Assembly: GCF_001194135.2 (NCBI RefSeq)
Contig: NC_068981.1
Location: 49,184,270 to 49,248,269, forward strand
DNA length: 64,000 nucleotides
Reading direction: 5' to 3'
Source: Octopus bimaculoides
Lineage: Eukaryota
Part shown: positions 24,965 to 38,652 of the stretch, in pieces
Layout: the number at the start of each line of letters is the position of its first letter
How positions within the stretch are numbered: the stretch's first letter is position 1
The notes under the pieces: model-generated
Database searches by the model: none
What the model was told of the DNA's origin: nothing
Seen by the model: the letters and a program-made list of their open reading frames with translations, nothing else
Position numbers and translations under genes: made by a program

Positions 24965-25621
24965 TTTTGTAAGAGAGAAGAGGGAGAAAGGAAGAGGGAG
25001 AGAGAGGGGAGAAAGGAATAGAGATGGTAGCAATGAAGAGAGAGAAAGAGAGAAAGAGAGAACGGAGGCAGTTATAAAATAGCAATGCGTGCACGTGTTT
25101 ATATAAGAAACACAGAAACTAAATCGCATATCTATAATGTTGATATGTGTATGTGTTTATGTGTATGTTGTTGTCACAGATCACGTATGTGTGGTCGGGT
25201 GTGTTTTTACGTTTCTATGTTATGAAAAATATGTTAGATGTAGGGGAAAGGTATTAAATGAGAGAGAGGAAGAAGAAGTAAGAGTGTAAAATGTAACCAA
25301 GTTAATCTATGACTTTGTATGTATCACTTTCTCTCTCTCTCTCCCCCTCCCTCTTTTAATTCTTACTCTCTATAACAACGCCGGTACAGGCAGAAGGGAA
25401 GGAATATAAAAGTTGCTAGAAACGACAGCCAAATCTCCCTTAAATCACACAAAGTAAATGGAATTTTAAAAATCTAATTACTGCACTGGAAAGTTCAGAT
25501 CGAGAAAATTCCATTGATGTAAAAGTTTTTACGAAAAAGTGGAAATTGTGGATTTCTATAAACTTTCAAAAAGGCTTCACACAGACACACAACTTCAACT
25601 TTATATATTAAGATATACAAC

Positions 25622-25711
<90 letters not shown>

Positions 25712-25907
25712 ACTACACAAAAATGTAATGTAGAGTGTTCATGTAGCAGGAAATCCAGAAGATCCAATCGATGAATTTCGTTCATAGTGCCTATAAAACC
25801 ATATAGTGTGGAGGTATGAAAAGTCTATGTATATTTAGCTAAATAAGTATTCAGCTCTCATTCTTCCTGTTGTTACGGTATTAGATATGCATGTGTGTGT
25901 GTGTGTG

Positions 25908-26266
25908 TAGTGAGAATTTAAAAATAACAAAAGACAAAGACGTGTGTGTAAACAACAAACATATGTATTAGTTTAACTGTCTGGAAGTTAGAAAGTCTTT
26001 TACGTTTCGATACTGCGCTCTTCGACAGAGAGGAACGCAGAAATGTACAAAAAAGTTCAGAAAAGTTCAAAAGGCTCAAACGTCGTGGTGTATTGGAACG
26101 ATTTCTCATCCAAGTAAGAGTCCAGTGTAATTCATGGATAACAGTGCAAGAAATGTTCGGGGTGGAGGTGGAGACAGGATAAAACTGTTGTGACCACGTA
26201 AGCGTGTAGTGTATAGTGAGAGTTTACAAAAACAAAAGACGAAGACGAGTGTGTAAACAACAAACA
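25908..26266 (-). mobile_element. ~305-bp direct-repeat unit (~1.2 copies) carrying a hammerhead-like motif; PLE terminal repeat or retrozyme-like
   Basis: tagtgag..tttaaaaataacaaaagacaaagacgtgtgtgtaaacaacaaaca (25908-61) recurs at 26214-66. Minus strand 26030-25995: CT-CTGTCGA-A-GAG-CGCAGT-ATC-GAAAC-GTA-AAAGAC. Confidence 0.55.
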
Positions 26267-26593
26267 GATGGCAATCACTTTTGTCAATGTAGGACAGTAG
26301 TACGTTTCACGGATTCTGCTGCTTTACTTATTGGTTTGGATTTACCTTTTTCCTGTTGAATCGAATGGAGTTACATATTATTTGAAGAATAGAAATAAAC
26401 TATCAAGTGGAAATGAAGACATTCAATGGAAAAATGAACCTTAAATGGTTACTATACACGTCGAACCCAAAGTATTACAAATGCACGATGTACTATGAAG
26501 TATTACAAATGTACGATTCAGTCAGGTTATAAAAATATTTAAGCTTGAAACGCTAACAATCGGAAAAAAATTGCGTACAATATTTTCCAGTTG

Positions 26594-27560
26594 TACAGGA
26601 ATACTTCACCTTACGCTGTTAATTGGTTCCAGGAGACACAAATTAAGTTGAAAAACAATTAAGTCGAATTAACTTGTCTCTAGGCTAAACCGATAATAAC
26701 CATTCCCACTTGTGTACTGTATGTATGAATGGATTTTCAATTATACATGGTTAATAAAAACCTATTTTAAGCTTACAAACAAATAATTTTTATTTTTTAC
26801 TACAGTACAGTAAAAAGAAAAAGAGTAATCTAAATTTACGAATACAATTTGGTGGGTATTTCGCGGATGCTTTATTCATGAATGCAGTTTGCAATAAGAC
26901 ATGGAGAAATAAAACCTATTTTTAAGCTTAAAAATTAAATTCAGTATTTATTATTATTATTTCGCAGTAATGAAAAATCTAAATTATTTTNNNNNNNNNN
27001 NNNNNNNNNNNNNNNNNNNNNNNNNNNNNNNNNNNNNNNNNNNNNNNNNNNNNNNNNNNNNNNNNNNNNNNNNNNNNNNNNNNNNNNNNNNNNNNNNNNN
27101 NNNNNNNNNNNNNNNNNNNNNNNNNNNNNNNNNNNNNNNNNNNNNNNNNNNNNNNNNNNNNNNNNNNNNNNNNNNNNNNNNNNNNNNNNNNNNNNNNNNN
27201 NNNNNNNNNNNNNNNNNNNNNNNNNNNNNNNNNNNNNNNNNNNNNNNNNNNNNNNNNNNNNNNNNNNNNNNCTGTAACATTCGACAAGCGTTGAGCATTT
27301 GGATTTATATCCTCGATTATAGAAAGGCCTTTTTGATATATGCAAATGCATGCTGCATTTTTTTATGGTAAAGTGACGTAGCTCATGTTCGACTACCATT
27401 TCTTTATTTTGTTGCTCGTGAAGTTCTATCAAATCCTCGTTCTTCAGGGGCTGCTTGTCTTTTGCAAATAAATCTTTGCAGTCCTCCTCTCCAAGTCCAT
27501 TTCTACTTCTTTGCTCGTAGTCACCCTCGCTTTCTTGATGGCTACATTATCAAACACCTT
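26594..27560 (-). mobile_element. Tigger/pogo DNA transposon remnant (transposase C-terminus plus putative TIR), interrupted by a gap
   Basis: Minus strand 27560-27282: IKKARVTTSKEVEMDLGEEDCKDLFAKDKQPLKNEDLIELHEQQNKEMVVEHELRHFTIKKMQHAFAYIKKGLSIIEDINPNAQRLSNV (Tigger-like L.NEDL.EL...FT.K....AF..I..GL...E...PN..R); TACAGGAATACTTCACCTTACG at 26594 resembles a Tigger TIR after TA. Confidence 0.7.
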
Positions 27561-30306
27561 TAAATCATTCACGAATTGATTTTATGTGCTTTTAACGGTT
27601 TCAAGTGATTTTACGATTCCAATATTTCTGGCGGACAGACGTTAAGCGAGTAAAATGACTTAACATGATTTTATTTTTTCCTTTTATTATTTGTTTTTGA
27701 AGACCGACGTATAATCGAGAACGACTTAAATCAAATCAACTGAAGCCACGGTATGTCTGTGTATTGATTTAGCACCAACAGCGTTGCTCTTGAGTGAGAC
27801 TAATGAAATAATTCTATTTCCAAATAGCAACTCTGTAATCAAGGGGATCTATAAATAAATAATCAAATGAATACTGGTCAACTGCCACAAGAGAAAATTA
27901 CTCTGAAAATTTGAAGTTTATCCACTGAATTTTAGTGATACCTGGCTGAATATATGTATAATTCTGGCAATTTACTATTGAAAGAATATTTCACAGGTAG
28001 TACATTGCATGTCATTCACGTATAACTGCAAAAGTTTATAGTAAATTTTAAATTCGGTTTTATTTACTTATTTATTTATTTAATTTTCATACATAACTAT
28101 ATATAGAAATGTAACTAGTGTTGAACAGTCTGCACCCAAATTGCTTAGCATGAGTTTCTAGAAAAATAGCAGTTAAAAATTTAAACGAACTCGCTAAACT
28201 ATTTTGTTTAAAGTAATAAACTATTCATCAGTCAGTTATTTCTGTGCATAGTGACAATTAAAATAATTAAGCCTATGGAGATATCATTGATAATATCCTA
28301 TCTATGGCTTCGAAATGCACAGATACATTAAGGAAGTGTAATTACGCTACAAAGTTCAGGAATATTTGTATGCAATAATATCAAAATGCTTACATCTGTA
28401 AATTGTTTCTAATACAGATGAAATGCAATAATGTTCTTTATTTGCTGGTGCCTTTGTGGTTTATGAATGAATCTTTACTTTGATGCATTTGTAGAATGAC
28501 ATAATTATGCCGTACTTCGTTATTAATTTTTATAGCAGTTTTTTTTTAGTTAGCGGTTTATTTGGTGGTTTTATATTTCATTTGAAAGATGTTCATAGTG
28601 TCCGCAGGATAGGAGTTTACAATGTTTTAAACACATATTTGTTTTGTGTTTATATATTTTACAGAGAAATTTTATATCTACCTTTTTGTATTAGCGTGTT
28701 CTTTTATTTCATTATTAGTAAACGATAATTCGTTACGGATGTCTTTACTGAAGGAAAATCGAAAAGTATATGTTATGGATATAATACAAAGGGTGATTTA
28801 TAGTAAGTCTGTTTTCATCTGAAAAACCTGTGGGTATTCACTACTTTGCATAATAATGGGGTTAAACTACAGTCTGGGTGCTCCGAACTAATCTAGGTTT
28901 GATTACACCACTGTCAACAAGGAAACATTATCTCCTTGACAAAACACAGTGAATGGCTTTTTTATTAGTTCAGACGTGCTACAGGTGTATTGTTTTTACT
29001 GATAGCAATATGTATATATATATATATATATAAATGTATATACGAGTGAGTGCTCAAACGGAAGAAAAGATATTTTAACACATTTATTTTAACACAGTTA
29101 CATGTAATGTACAAAACTCTTTGATTCGGAGTAAGTTCTACCGAGTCCAAATCAAATTGTTTTGAACAAAATACACACACACACNNNNNNNNNNNNNNNN
29201 NNNNNNNNNNNNNNNNNNNNNNNNNNNNNNNNNNNNNNNNNNNNNNNNATATATATATATATATATATATATATACACGTATGTATGAGTGTATGTATAT
29301 ACATACATTGAGATATACGTCTAGTGATAGTTAGTGTGTTCTTTCTAAAGAGGTTTATGTATAACTTATTCACAAGGGTGCTTAGGAGATTTAAACTCTC
29401 CAAAGTGTGAATTGAAATCCTTACGGAAACCTTACATGGATTTCAAATGGTGACATTCACAAAACATACAACACATGAATCTGTAATGCCATGTACTTTT
29501 GATATAGCAGTGTCATTACGTCATCAGGTAACTATATAAAATTATAGAATTCTGATGTGAAAACCAAAAAAAGGGTAACTGTTCGTTGATCATGTAGGGT
29601 TTGACAGAAAACAAAATCAACGCTTAAGATGCATCATTCACATAGAAGTGACTTTTGGTATGAGAAGTCGTACAAACCCTACTATAAAATAGGTTTTCGG
29701 AATATATTGATTTAAAAATTAATGTTTTAATTTGGAATAGCGTTAAGAAAATATTTCTATTAATTAAAATTGCAGAAACATCTATACAAATAACGAAAAG
29801 CACAAATTTTCTGATAATACATACGCTGTTCAGAAGCTCTATAAATGCATTGCAAATCAATATTGTTGTTGATGATAATCTCGTTGCAAGTGATTTTGTA
29901 GTGAACATATTTCAGTGACTAAACATCTGACCTAGAATTTTCAAGAAATATTTTTGAACATGTACGTGTTCCTTGTCGGTGTAATGCGATTAAATTTACA
30001 AGATTGACGCATATGTTAGGAAGAAACCGATTCTACCAGATAGTCGTTTAGTTCCTAGCCATTTATCAAGTAAGTGTATTTGATTGCTTTGCGTGCATTG
30101 CTCTGATGGTACATGATGACAGTAGGTGATGATAATCTAACAAGAAATAATTCAGGATAACATTCTTTGAAGTTAAACCCTAATAGTTTACTTCCAGATA
30201 TTACGCATACCTCTCAGAATCCTGCAAAATCCTTTTAATATACATTATATGTAAAATACACACACATAAACACACAGGCACGCACACACACACACGCGCG
30301 CATATA

Positions 30307-30338
<32 letters not shown>

Positions 30339-30854
30339 NNNNNNNNNNATCCATGATGGAACATTTATCGTAGACAGGCGAGGTTATTGTTCGTAAATTT
30401 ATTTCAGTAGCATTACCATATATGTAGAACATGTATATAACAACGATGGTTTATTTCTACCCCGCCAGAAATCATCTGTCATATTTAGAAGAGATTACAT
30501 AATATAACTATCTTATAAAAGTCATGAATATATATGATGTTGAGTCGGTTTGGAAGCCACAGTGGGACTACGTAGTCTGTTAGATGTAGTAGCCATATGT
30601 TGATCGAATTACTATAATATATTTTTATCATCCATTAACTATATCTCAAATTTAAACAGAATTATGAAACTTTATTCAATGCGTTTCTAATTTACAAAAC
30701 AGACGAGGCGGTGTTGGTTTAAACTTTACAATAGAGGTCGGCTCCACTATCATGACATAGAGCTTAGCAAAAATATATACACATGCAACTAATTCCAATG
30801 CTCTTTTAAATGCCATGCTCTAAAATTCATATATGCATATATATAGTAAGTAGG

Positions 30855-30929
<75 letters not shown>

Positions 30930-30936
30930 ATCTATA

Positions 30937-30982
<46 letters not shown>

Positions 30983-31294
30983 NNNNNNNNNNNNNNNNNN
31001 NNNNNNNNNNNNNNNNNNNNNNNNNNNNNNNNNNNNNNNNNNNNNNNNNNNNNNNNNNNNNNNNNNNNNNNNNNNNNNNNNNNNNNNNNNNNNNNNNNNN
31101 NNNNNNNNNNNNNNNNNNNNNNNNNNNNNNNNNNNNNNNNNNNNNNNNNNNNNNNNNNNNNNNNNNNNNNNNNNNNNNNNNNNNNNNNNNNNNNNNNNNN
31201 NNNNNNNNNNNNNNNNNNNNNNNNNNNNNNNNNNNNNNNNNNNNNNNNNNNNNNNNNNNNNNNNNNNNNNNNNNNNNNNNNNNNNNNNNNNNNN

Positions 31295-31545
31295 GAGGTG
31301 CAATGGCCCAGTGGTTAGGGCAGCGAACTCACGGTCGGAGGATTGCGGTTTCGATTCCCAGACCGGGCATTGTGTGTGTTTATTGAGTGAAAACACCTAA
31401 GCTCCCCGAGGCTTCGGCAGGGGGTGTTGGTGACCCCTGTTGTACTCTTTCGCCCCAACTTTCTCTCACTCTTTCCTCCTGTTTCTTGAGTAAAGCTGCA
31501 ATGGACTGGCCTCCCGTCCAACTGGGAGGAAACACATACGTCATA
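31295..31545 (+). mobile_element. tRNA-derived SINE (second family), near full length
   Basis: Head GGTGCAATGGCCCAGTGGTTAGGGCAGCGAACTCACGGTCGGAGGATTGCGGTTTCGATTCCCAGACCGGGC with A box (TGGCCCAGTGG) and B box (GTTTCGATTCC); body ends with GCAATGGACTGGCCTCCCGTCCA. Confidence 0.88.
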
Positions 31546-31619
31546 GGGTTTGGTAACCTTGAGGTGTGCGTGTGTGTATGTGTAGGTGTGTAAATCTGGG
31601 GCTGGGAAGTGGTCAGTGC

Positions 31620-31770
31620 TAGTGTGTGCGTGGTGGTGTGATTTGATGCGATGTGGTGTTGTGTGGTATGGTAGTATATGGTGTAGTGGCGTAGTGTGTG
31701 GTGTGAGGTTTTAGGATGTGGGGGAAGCGAGAGTGGGGAAAGCTAGTGTGGGGTGACAAACACAAGTATA
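31620..31770. repeat. Degenerate G/T-rich pentamer-like repeat (GTGTG/GTAGT/GTGGT variants)
   Basis: Direct reading. Confidence 0.75.
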
Positions 31771-32167
31771 TATTAATATATATATATAAAATTTTCAAAA
31801 CAGAAATTGACAGTGACATCAAAGATTCAACCTGTTAGCCTTCCTGTAATACAAAACAAAACAACGTTACACGCAATGCTATCGGGTGCATAGAATGAGT
31901 AAGACCATGAATGTAACAAGTGTATCTGTCATATGTGCTTTTGCGTTTCAATGTTATTTCAAGTAGAAAAATATGTGAACTTGCAGAACTGATGTTATGG
32001 CTATTTCATTTCGTTTTTCATTTCATCCCAGAATGAAGTAGTCATCTTAAACGATCCAAACTGGTGGCGCTTCAATTAAAACTATATCTATTGTCTTCTA
32101 TCAGCTTTCCACGATAAGTCCTCTAAACATTTTTTATGTGTATGTGCGTCTGTGTGTGTGTGTGTGC

Positions 32168-32202
<35 letters not shown>

Positions 32203-33034
32203 TGCCGTTGTTGTTGCTCTCCGTCACCCGACGATGGGGATATATTTGATAAATCAACTGGATTACATGCTCCTGTGTCAACGTTTAAGCAAACTGTACA
32301 TGATGTGTCGCCCTGACTCTAAAGCAGATTAAGTGGGACGCAATATGATTGATGGTTGTGTATTTGAATTACAGGTACAATCCAACAGAAACACTCCCGC
32401 GCTGTTTCAGGCTACCTAAATTCATACACTATATACATAGATCGAAACGAAGCTATTGAAAATTACACATTGTTGAGAGATGAGGTTCTTAAGCAATAAG
32501 ACACACATTGACTATACAGACACACAAAAACAACCAAACAAACAAAAACACAAAGCGACATACATATGCATATGTATACGTACTTTCATTTTACGTATAT
32601 TTATGCATAGATATTGGTAGGTATAATATGTCTGTATGTGTATATATATATATATATNNNNNNNNNNNNNNNNNNNNNNNNNNNNNNNNNNNNNNNNNNN
32701 NNNNNNNNNNNNNNNNNNNNNNNNNNNNNNNNNNNNNNNNNNNNNNNNNNNNNNNNNNNNNNNNNNNNNNNNNNNNNNNNNNNNNNNNNNNNNNNNNNNN
32801 NNNNNNNNNNNNNNNNNNNNNNNNNNNNNNNNNNNNNNNNNNNNNNNNNNNNNNNNNNNNNNNNNNNNNNNNNNNNNNNNNNNNNNNNNNNNNNNNNNNN
32901 NNNNNNNNNNNNNNNNNNNNNNNNNNNNNNNNNNNNNNNNNNNNNNNNNNNNNNNNNNNNNNNNNNNNNNNNNNNNNNNNNNNNNNNNNNNNNNNNNNNN
33001 NNNNNNNNNNNNNNNNNNNNNNNNNNNNNNNNNN

Positions 33035-33130
33035 CAAAGAATAAGTTCTGAGTTCGATTTGTTCGATTAAAGGCACTCCTGCATCATGGCTGCTGTCAAA
33101 TGACAGAATCAAATAAAAGTATAAAGGAAT
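33035..33130 (+). mobile_element. SINE 3' portion
   Basis: caaagaataagttctgagttcgatttgttcgattaaaggcactcctgcatcatggctgctgtcaaatgacagaatcaaataaaag. Confidence 0.7.
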
Positions 33131-36100
33131 ATTTGAATACAGATGCATACACATGTACATATGTATATATATATATATATATATGTATGTGTTTGTGTGT
33201 GTCTGTGTGTGTGTGTATGTGTGTGTGTGCGTGTGTGTGTATATATTATGTATATATACACATGTATATATATTTATACCTGTGTGCTTGCGTGTGCGTA
33301 TGGATGTGTCCATATATGTGCTTTAGTGTTTGTAAATATATGCATATACGTGCATAGGCATCTCTACCTAATACAAGAGTGAACACATACACGCTTACGC
33401 ATATGCATACAAACACAAACATCACAATCATACCCACATACACACACACGCCTATAAACGCTCGTGAGCCCACTCACACAGACACGCAACATTTCTTTTG
33501 TATTTAATATTTTATTTGAACAAGTTGCCGAATATAAGAAACGTATCTTTACACATCGCTGGAGCCTAGTCAGGAAACAATTTCATGAGAAGCAACGTTT
33601 ATCTTTTCCTTCATTGATTGCAATCATCTTTGCGCTACATTCAATTCAAATTTATAATGAAGCTTGTTTTTGTGCTATTTTGTAAAACATTGTGTTACTG
33701 ATGTATGTTTTCTCTCGATTTTATGTCCCGAAACCTAAGTTAAAATTCATTTATTCATCGAAATAATCAAACGCGTTCAATTATATAGCCATGGAAGCAA
33801 ATTAAATATATAATGTAGTTTATTTCGCTCTCCAATTTCCGTGCAGCCTGTAGAGAGAAATACCGGAATTATCCTGTATTTTTATGATGTTTTCACTTGC
33901 AAGTTACTTATATGGAGTAGTTATAACAACGTTATGATTATACAGTCAGGAAACTGATATAGATATTTCGAAGCCGCTTCACTTGGCTTTCGGCCTTTTC
34001 TTCCGACAACTTTCGTTGTCCGTTCAAATCTTGAGATTTACGTTGACGTACATCCATTCACAGTATGATAGATAAAGTATCCGTTCTGAGCCACGAGTTG
34101 ACAGAATTTGAAGAGCAATGGACAAAATAATTCGCTATATCTGATCCAGCCATCACTGATGTAGCTAAAACACATGTAATGATACTAGGCTTATGAACAA
34201 TACAACTTGATTTTCATGTTGACATCATCACTAGCTACGACAAATCTTTCTCATGTCAGCGTCCTGGACAGAGAATATCCAGAATCAGAAACTAATACTA
34301 GCAGACCACAATATTCGTTGTTATTTCACATACACAATACCAGACTATTTTTCACTTCTAGTCAATACAATAATTTTCCTTTTGTTTTACTATCTACCTC
34401 TAATCAGTATCGAATTACAGATATGAAATATTAGCGGTTGTTGTGAGGAGATAATGCGTGTAGGAAATTGTTTTAAATTAAAAGCAAATACACCAACGGA
34501 GAAATACTACCTGAATCTTATTTCGGTAAGGGACCAGTTTCTTTCTTACTGTTTGCAAAAATAGTTCTATGTGAACTCATGAAGTCATTCAAACACATAA
34601 ACACACTTGTGAGAATACATATAGCTACATAAACGCACAGAAGAATGCTAATAGGTGTTTATGTCGAGAGAGACAAGGAGAAATTTAAGCGGTGATATCT
34701 ACCGATGAAAGGACATATTGAGTGAAAGAGCAACTGACAGAAATGAAAAGATAGAGGGGGAAATATTAACTTGCAAAAATTTCATTGCCCCGTATGGATA
34801 GTTCCCGTGTGCAAAACTCTGCGCGTACATGACGTCGTTGATGTTCAAATTGTGCTTGGTTTATTTCAATGACCCTTCAGTTTGTACAAGAAAACGAAAT
34901 TTTCTCAAGCAACAGTAAGACGTAACACGCATGTTTTCTTCTATTCCTCCACTTGATGATCGTGAAGTAAGCCTCCTGGAAGTAAAATTTCCACAGGAAA
35001 GTTTCTCATTTCAAACTGATATAAGGATTTGAACATCTGTTGTAGTTCACATCTGTAAATTGAACGCTGGTTATAGATCAGAAGTTTTGTTGTACATGAT
35101 CCATTTAGAGTACATATAACAGTGGCCCTGCATAATCAGCTACACTCACTGGGTGGTGTATTATCTGATGAATACTTCATTTGAAATAATGTGACTGATC
35201 ACTTCTCGACATTTATAAAATATGTAGTGTGTATCTGGTAGTATGTTCTAATTAAAAATAAAATCGTTTTGTAAAATTTGCGAAACTGACATCTATATCA
35301 GAGAGTATACTAAATATACGTCTTGCGTTATGAATATAGACACTCGCATACATATTTGTCTCCCGGTATGTAATAGGTCCAGAAATGTTTTATTCCCATC
35401 CTGTTTGAGAGTGTGCACATAACCATGTGTCTGTATGTATTATGTATGTTCTCAACGTGATGCATTGATGAATATCACAAATTTCAACAAGGAACTGCAG
35501 GAATTGTTTTTCATTAGAGACTTTAGGTTTTGGCACAGTACCATAAATGATATCGTCTTGTGTGTAAGAATTTCAATGAAAATATATATAGCACAAAACA
35601 CTCCCAGAGATAGCTGATTAAACTTCATGCTGATATCCTTCTATGTATCGAATAAAATTCTCAAGGAATAGAGCCTCGCAAAAGCTTATATGGTGCAGGC
35701 AATTGCTATATCATGCTTCACCTTTACGTCTCACCCCATTCACTAACAGTATTAACAAAAATACATACATATTGCTATACATATCTATCTTTCTCACTAT
35801 CTTTATATGCACACACACACACAAAAACACACACACTCACACACATATTTGTGTGTACATATGTAATTATGTATGTATGTATGTATTAATGTATGTATGC
35901 ATGTAGGTGTGTATTATATTGAGCTTGCAAACCAGCGGAATAAATCAGTCAATAAAGAACCAGAGTGTAAATATTTGTTGTGTGCAAACAACAATATGGC
36001 ATTTTAATATACATCAGATGTGCATTGTTTAACCTGGTATCTTTGCGTTTGTTATATTCTCATATGCTTCACAAAATCTACTTGACATATTCGCTCTAAA

Positions 36101-36319
36101 CAACGATTACTTCCAAAAGAATTTTCCGTTTAATGTGAAAAGAAGAATATCAAATATATATATGGCAGCAGAATGTCTGCTTGATTATGGCATGCTTTAC
36201 TGTCGGAATGCTAAACTGGATAGACATCAGAGGAATCACACAAGAAAAAATAACTTTATAATCCAAGAAAGAGTAAATAGTTGAAACAAATCTGTTCCAG
36301 TAGATATGATCTTAAAATA

Positions 36320-36366
<47 letters not shown>

Positions 36367-38599
36367 TGTAGTAGTGTGTGTGCACGCGTACGTGAGAATA
36401 TATAAATAAAATTGCTGCTCCCCGTCGATCAATTTTTTTTCAGTGACTAATGTTGACCAATATATATTTAAGAAAGTTATCAATTCCGTGCGTCATGCTT
36501 GCAACTGATCCCTCTCCTCACCATATATGCTTTTCGAAGGGGAAGGCAACACAATATAGACTTGCATCTTACCTCTAACACCGTTGCAGTTACAACGCCA
36601 ATATTAGGGAAAGTTACAGGAAGGCAGGAATCCATTGAAAAGATGAATGTCTAACTTGATTTTGGTCAGAATTTTCCTGAGAATTTCCTTGAGATTTAGC
36701 AGAAGTCTTTCGATATAAAAGCGATATTTTATTTTTCACACACGTTCTTCAAGATACGATCGGAATCAAAAACATAAACAATTGTCCCAGAGAAGCCTAC
36801 CCACGTGCACGTACTGGGAGTGTGTGGCTATTATTATAGTCTGATAATGAATCTAATAGCAAAATATACATTATCTTACCACCCTCCAGCCCCACCTCTC
36901 TCGCTCTCTGTGGCTAATTATATTTATGTATATGTGGGTATAATGTATGAATGTATATATGTATATACATACACGCATAGATATATTCGCAAATACGTGT
37001 TTGTGTATATATATTTGTGCATGTGTATATATATAAATATATATGTACATATGTGTATATATATAAATACATATGTATATATGTGTATATATAAATATAT
37101 ATGTGTGGTTGTATAAATATACGTACAAGGTGAGCAAAAGTGTACGTACGCGGCTATATGTATAGTCAGAATAAATGAAACAAGAACGCAACAAACGACA
37201 ATAAATCATCCGGAGAGATAGACGATATAAAGATGGATAGGAAGTTAAAAAAAAGACGCACAGGAAAAAACAAAGACGGGTCAATCGCAAACTTCTCTCC
37301 TCATTCAAGTTTCCAGAATATCGTTACAATTCCGGCCGGTTACACTTGAGACTGTTCAACTCGGGCTGGCCCTAAAAATCCAACCATTAAATACTTTGGG
37401 AGAAAGCAGGCGAATGTATAAGACAACAAAGACGAAAAATCTGAAAAATTGTGAGACACTTACAAATACAAACAACAAGAAAATGACATTTGTCTATCGA
37501 CTGGTAAAAACGAGTCAATTTGACGTGGTGTGTCCAGAGTGAAAAGCATGAGGAACATAAAAGATTACAAAAAGAGATGAAACTCACGAGACATGAATAT
37601 AAGAGATGCTATGCACATTCGAGCCAAGATAANNNNNNNNNNNNNNNNNNNNNNNNNNNNNNNNNNNNNNNNNNNNNNNNNNNNNNNNNNNNNNNNNNNN
37701 NNNNNNNNNNNNNNNNNNNNNNNNNNNNNNNNNNNNNNNNNNNNNNNNNNNNNNNNNNNNNNNNNNNNNNNNNNNNNNNNNNNNNNNNNNNNNNNNNNNN
37801 NNNNNNNNNNNNNNNNNNNNNNNNNNNNNNNNNNNNNNNNNNNNNNNNNNNNNNNNNNNNNNNNNNNNNNNNNNNNNNNNNNNNNNNNNNNNNNNNNNNN
37901 NNNNNNNNNNNNNNNNNNNNNNNNNNNNNNNNNNNNNNNNNNNNNNNNNNNNNNNNNNNNNNNNNNNNNNNNNNNNNNNNNNNNNNNNNNNNNNNNNNNN
38001 NNNNNNNNNNNNNNNNNNNNNNNNNNNNNNNNNNNNNNNNNNNNNNNNNNNNNNNNNNNNNNNNNNNNNNNNNNNNNNNNNNNNNNNNNNNNNNNNNNNN
38101 NNNNNNNNNNNNNNNNNNNNNNNNNNNNNNNNNNNNNNNNNNNNNNNNNNNNNNNNNNNNNNNNNNNNNNNNNNNNNNNNNNNNNNNNNNNNNNNNNNNN
38201 NNNNNNNNNNNNNNNNNNNNNNNNNNNNNNNNNNNNNNNNNNNNNNNNNNNNNNNNNNNNNNNNNNNNNNNNNNNNNNNNNNNNNNNNNNNNNNNNNNNN
38301 NNNNNNNNNNNNNNNNNNNNNNNNNNNNNNNNNNNNNNNNNNNNNNNNNNNNNNNNNNNNNNNNNNNNNNNNNNNNNNNNNNNNNNNNNNNNNNNNNNNN
38401 NNNNNNNNNNNNNNNNNNNNNNNNNNNNNNNNNNNNNNNNNNNNNNNNNNNNNNNNNNNNNNNNNNNNNNNNNNNNNNNNNNNNNNNNNNNNNNNNNNNN
38501 NNNNNNNNNNNNNNNNNNNNNNNNNNNNNNNNNNNNNNNNNNNNNNNNNNNNNNNNNNNNNNNNNNNNNNNNNNNNNNNNNNNNNNNNNNTATATATAT

Positions 38600-38652
38600 A
38601 TTCTTTCCTTCTTAGTTTCAGCTCTAAGTTGTGGCCATGCTGGGACACCGCC
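38600..38652 (-). mobile_element. SINE 3' tail, minus strand
   Basis: Reverse complement ggcggtgtcccagcatggccacaacttagagctgaaactaagaaggaaagaa followed by (TA)n. Confidence 0.7.

Noticed and set aside
31295-31370. tRNA gene
   Set aside because: Has A/B boxes but no clean cloverleaf or acceptor stem, and it continues into a SINE body; same for the heads at 41868 and 19215.
37300-37632. Possible additional LINE RT C-terminal fragment
   Set aside because: Only vague similarity (EMKLTR); no diagnostic motif such as YLG or LYG.E.W could be read.
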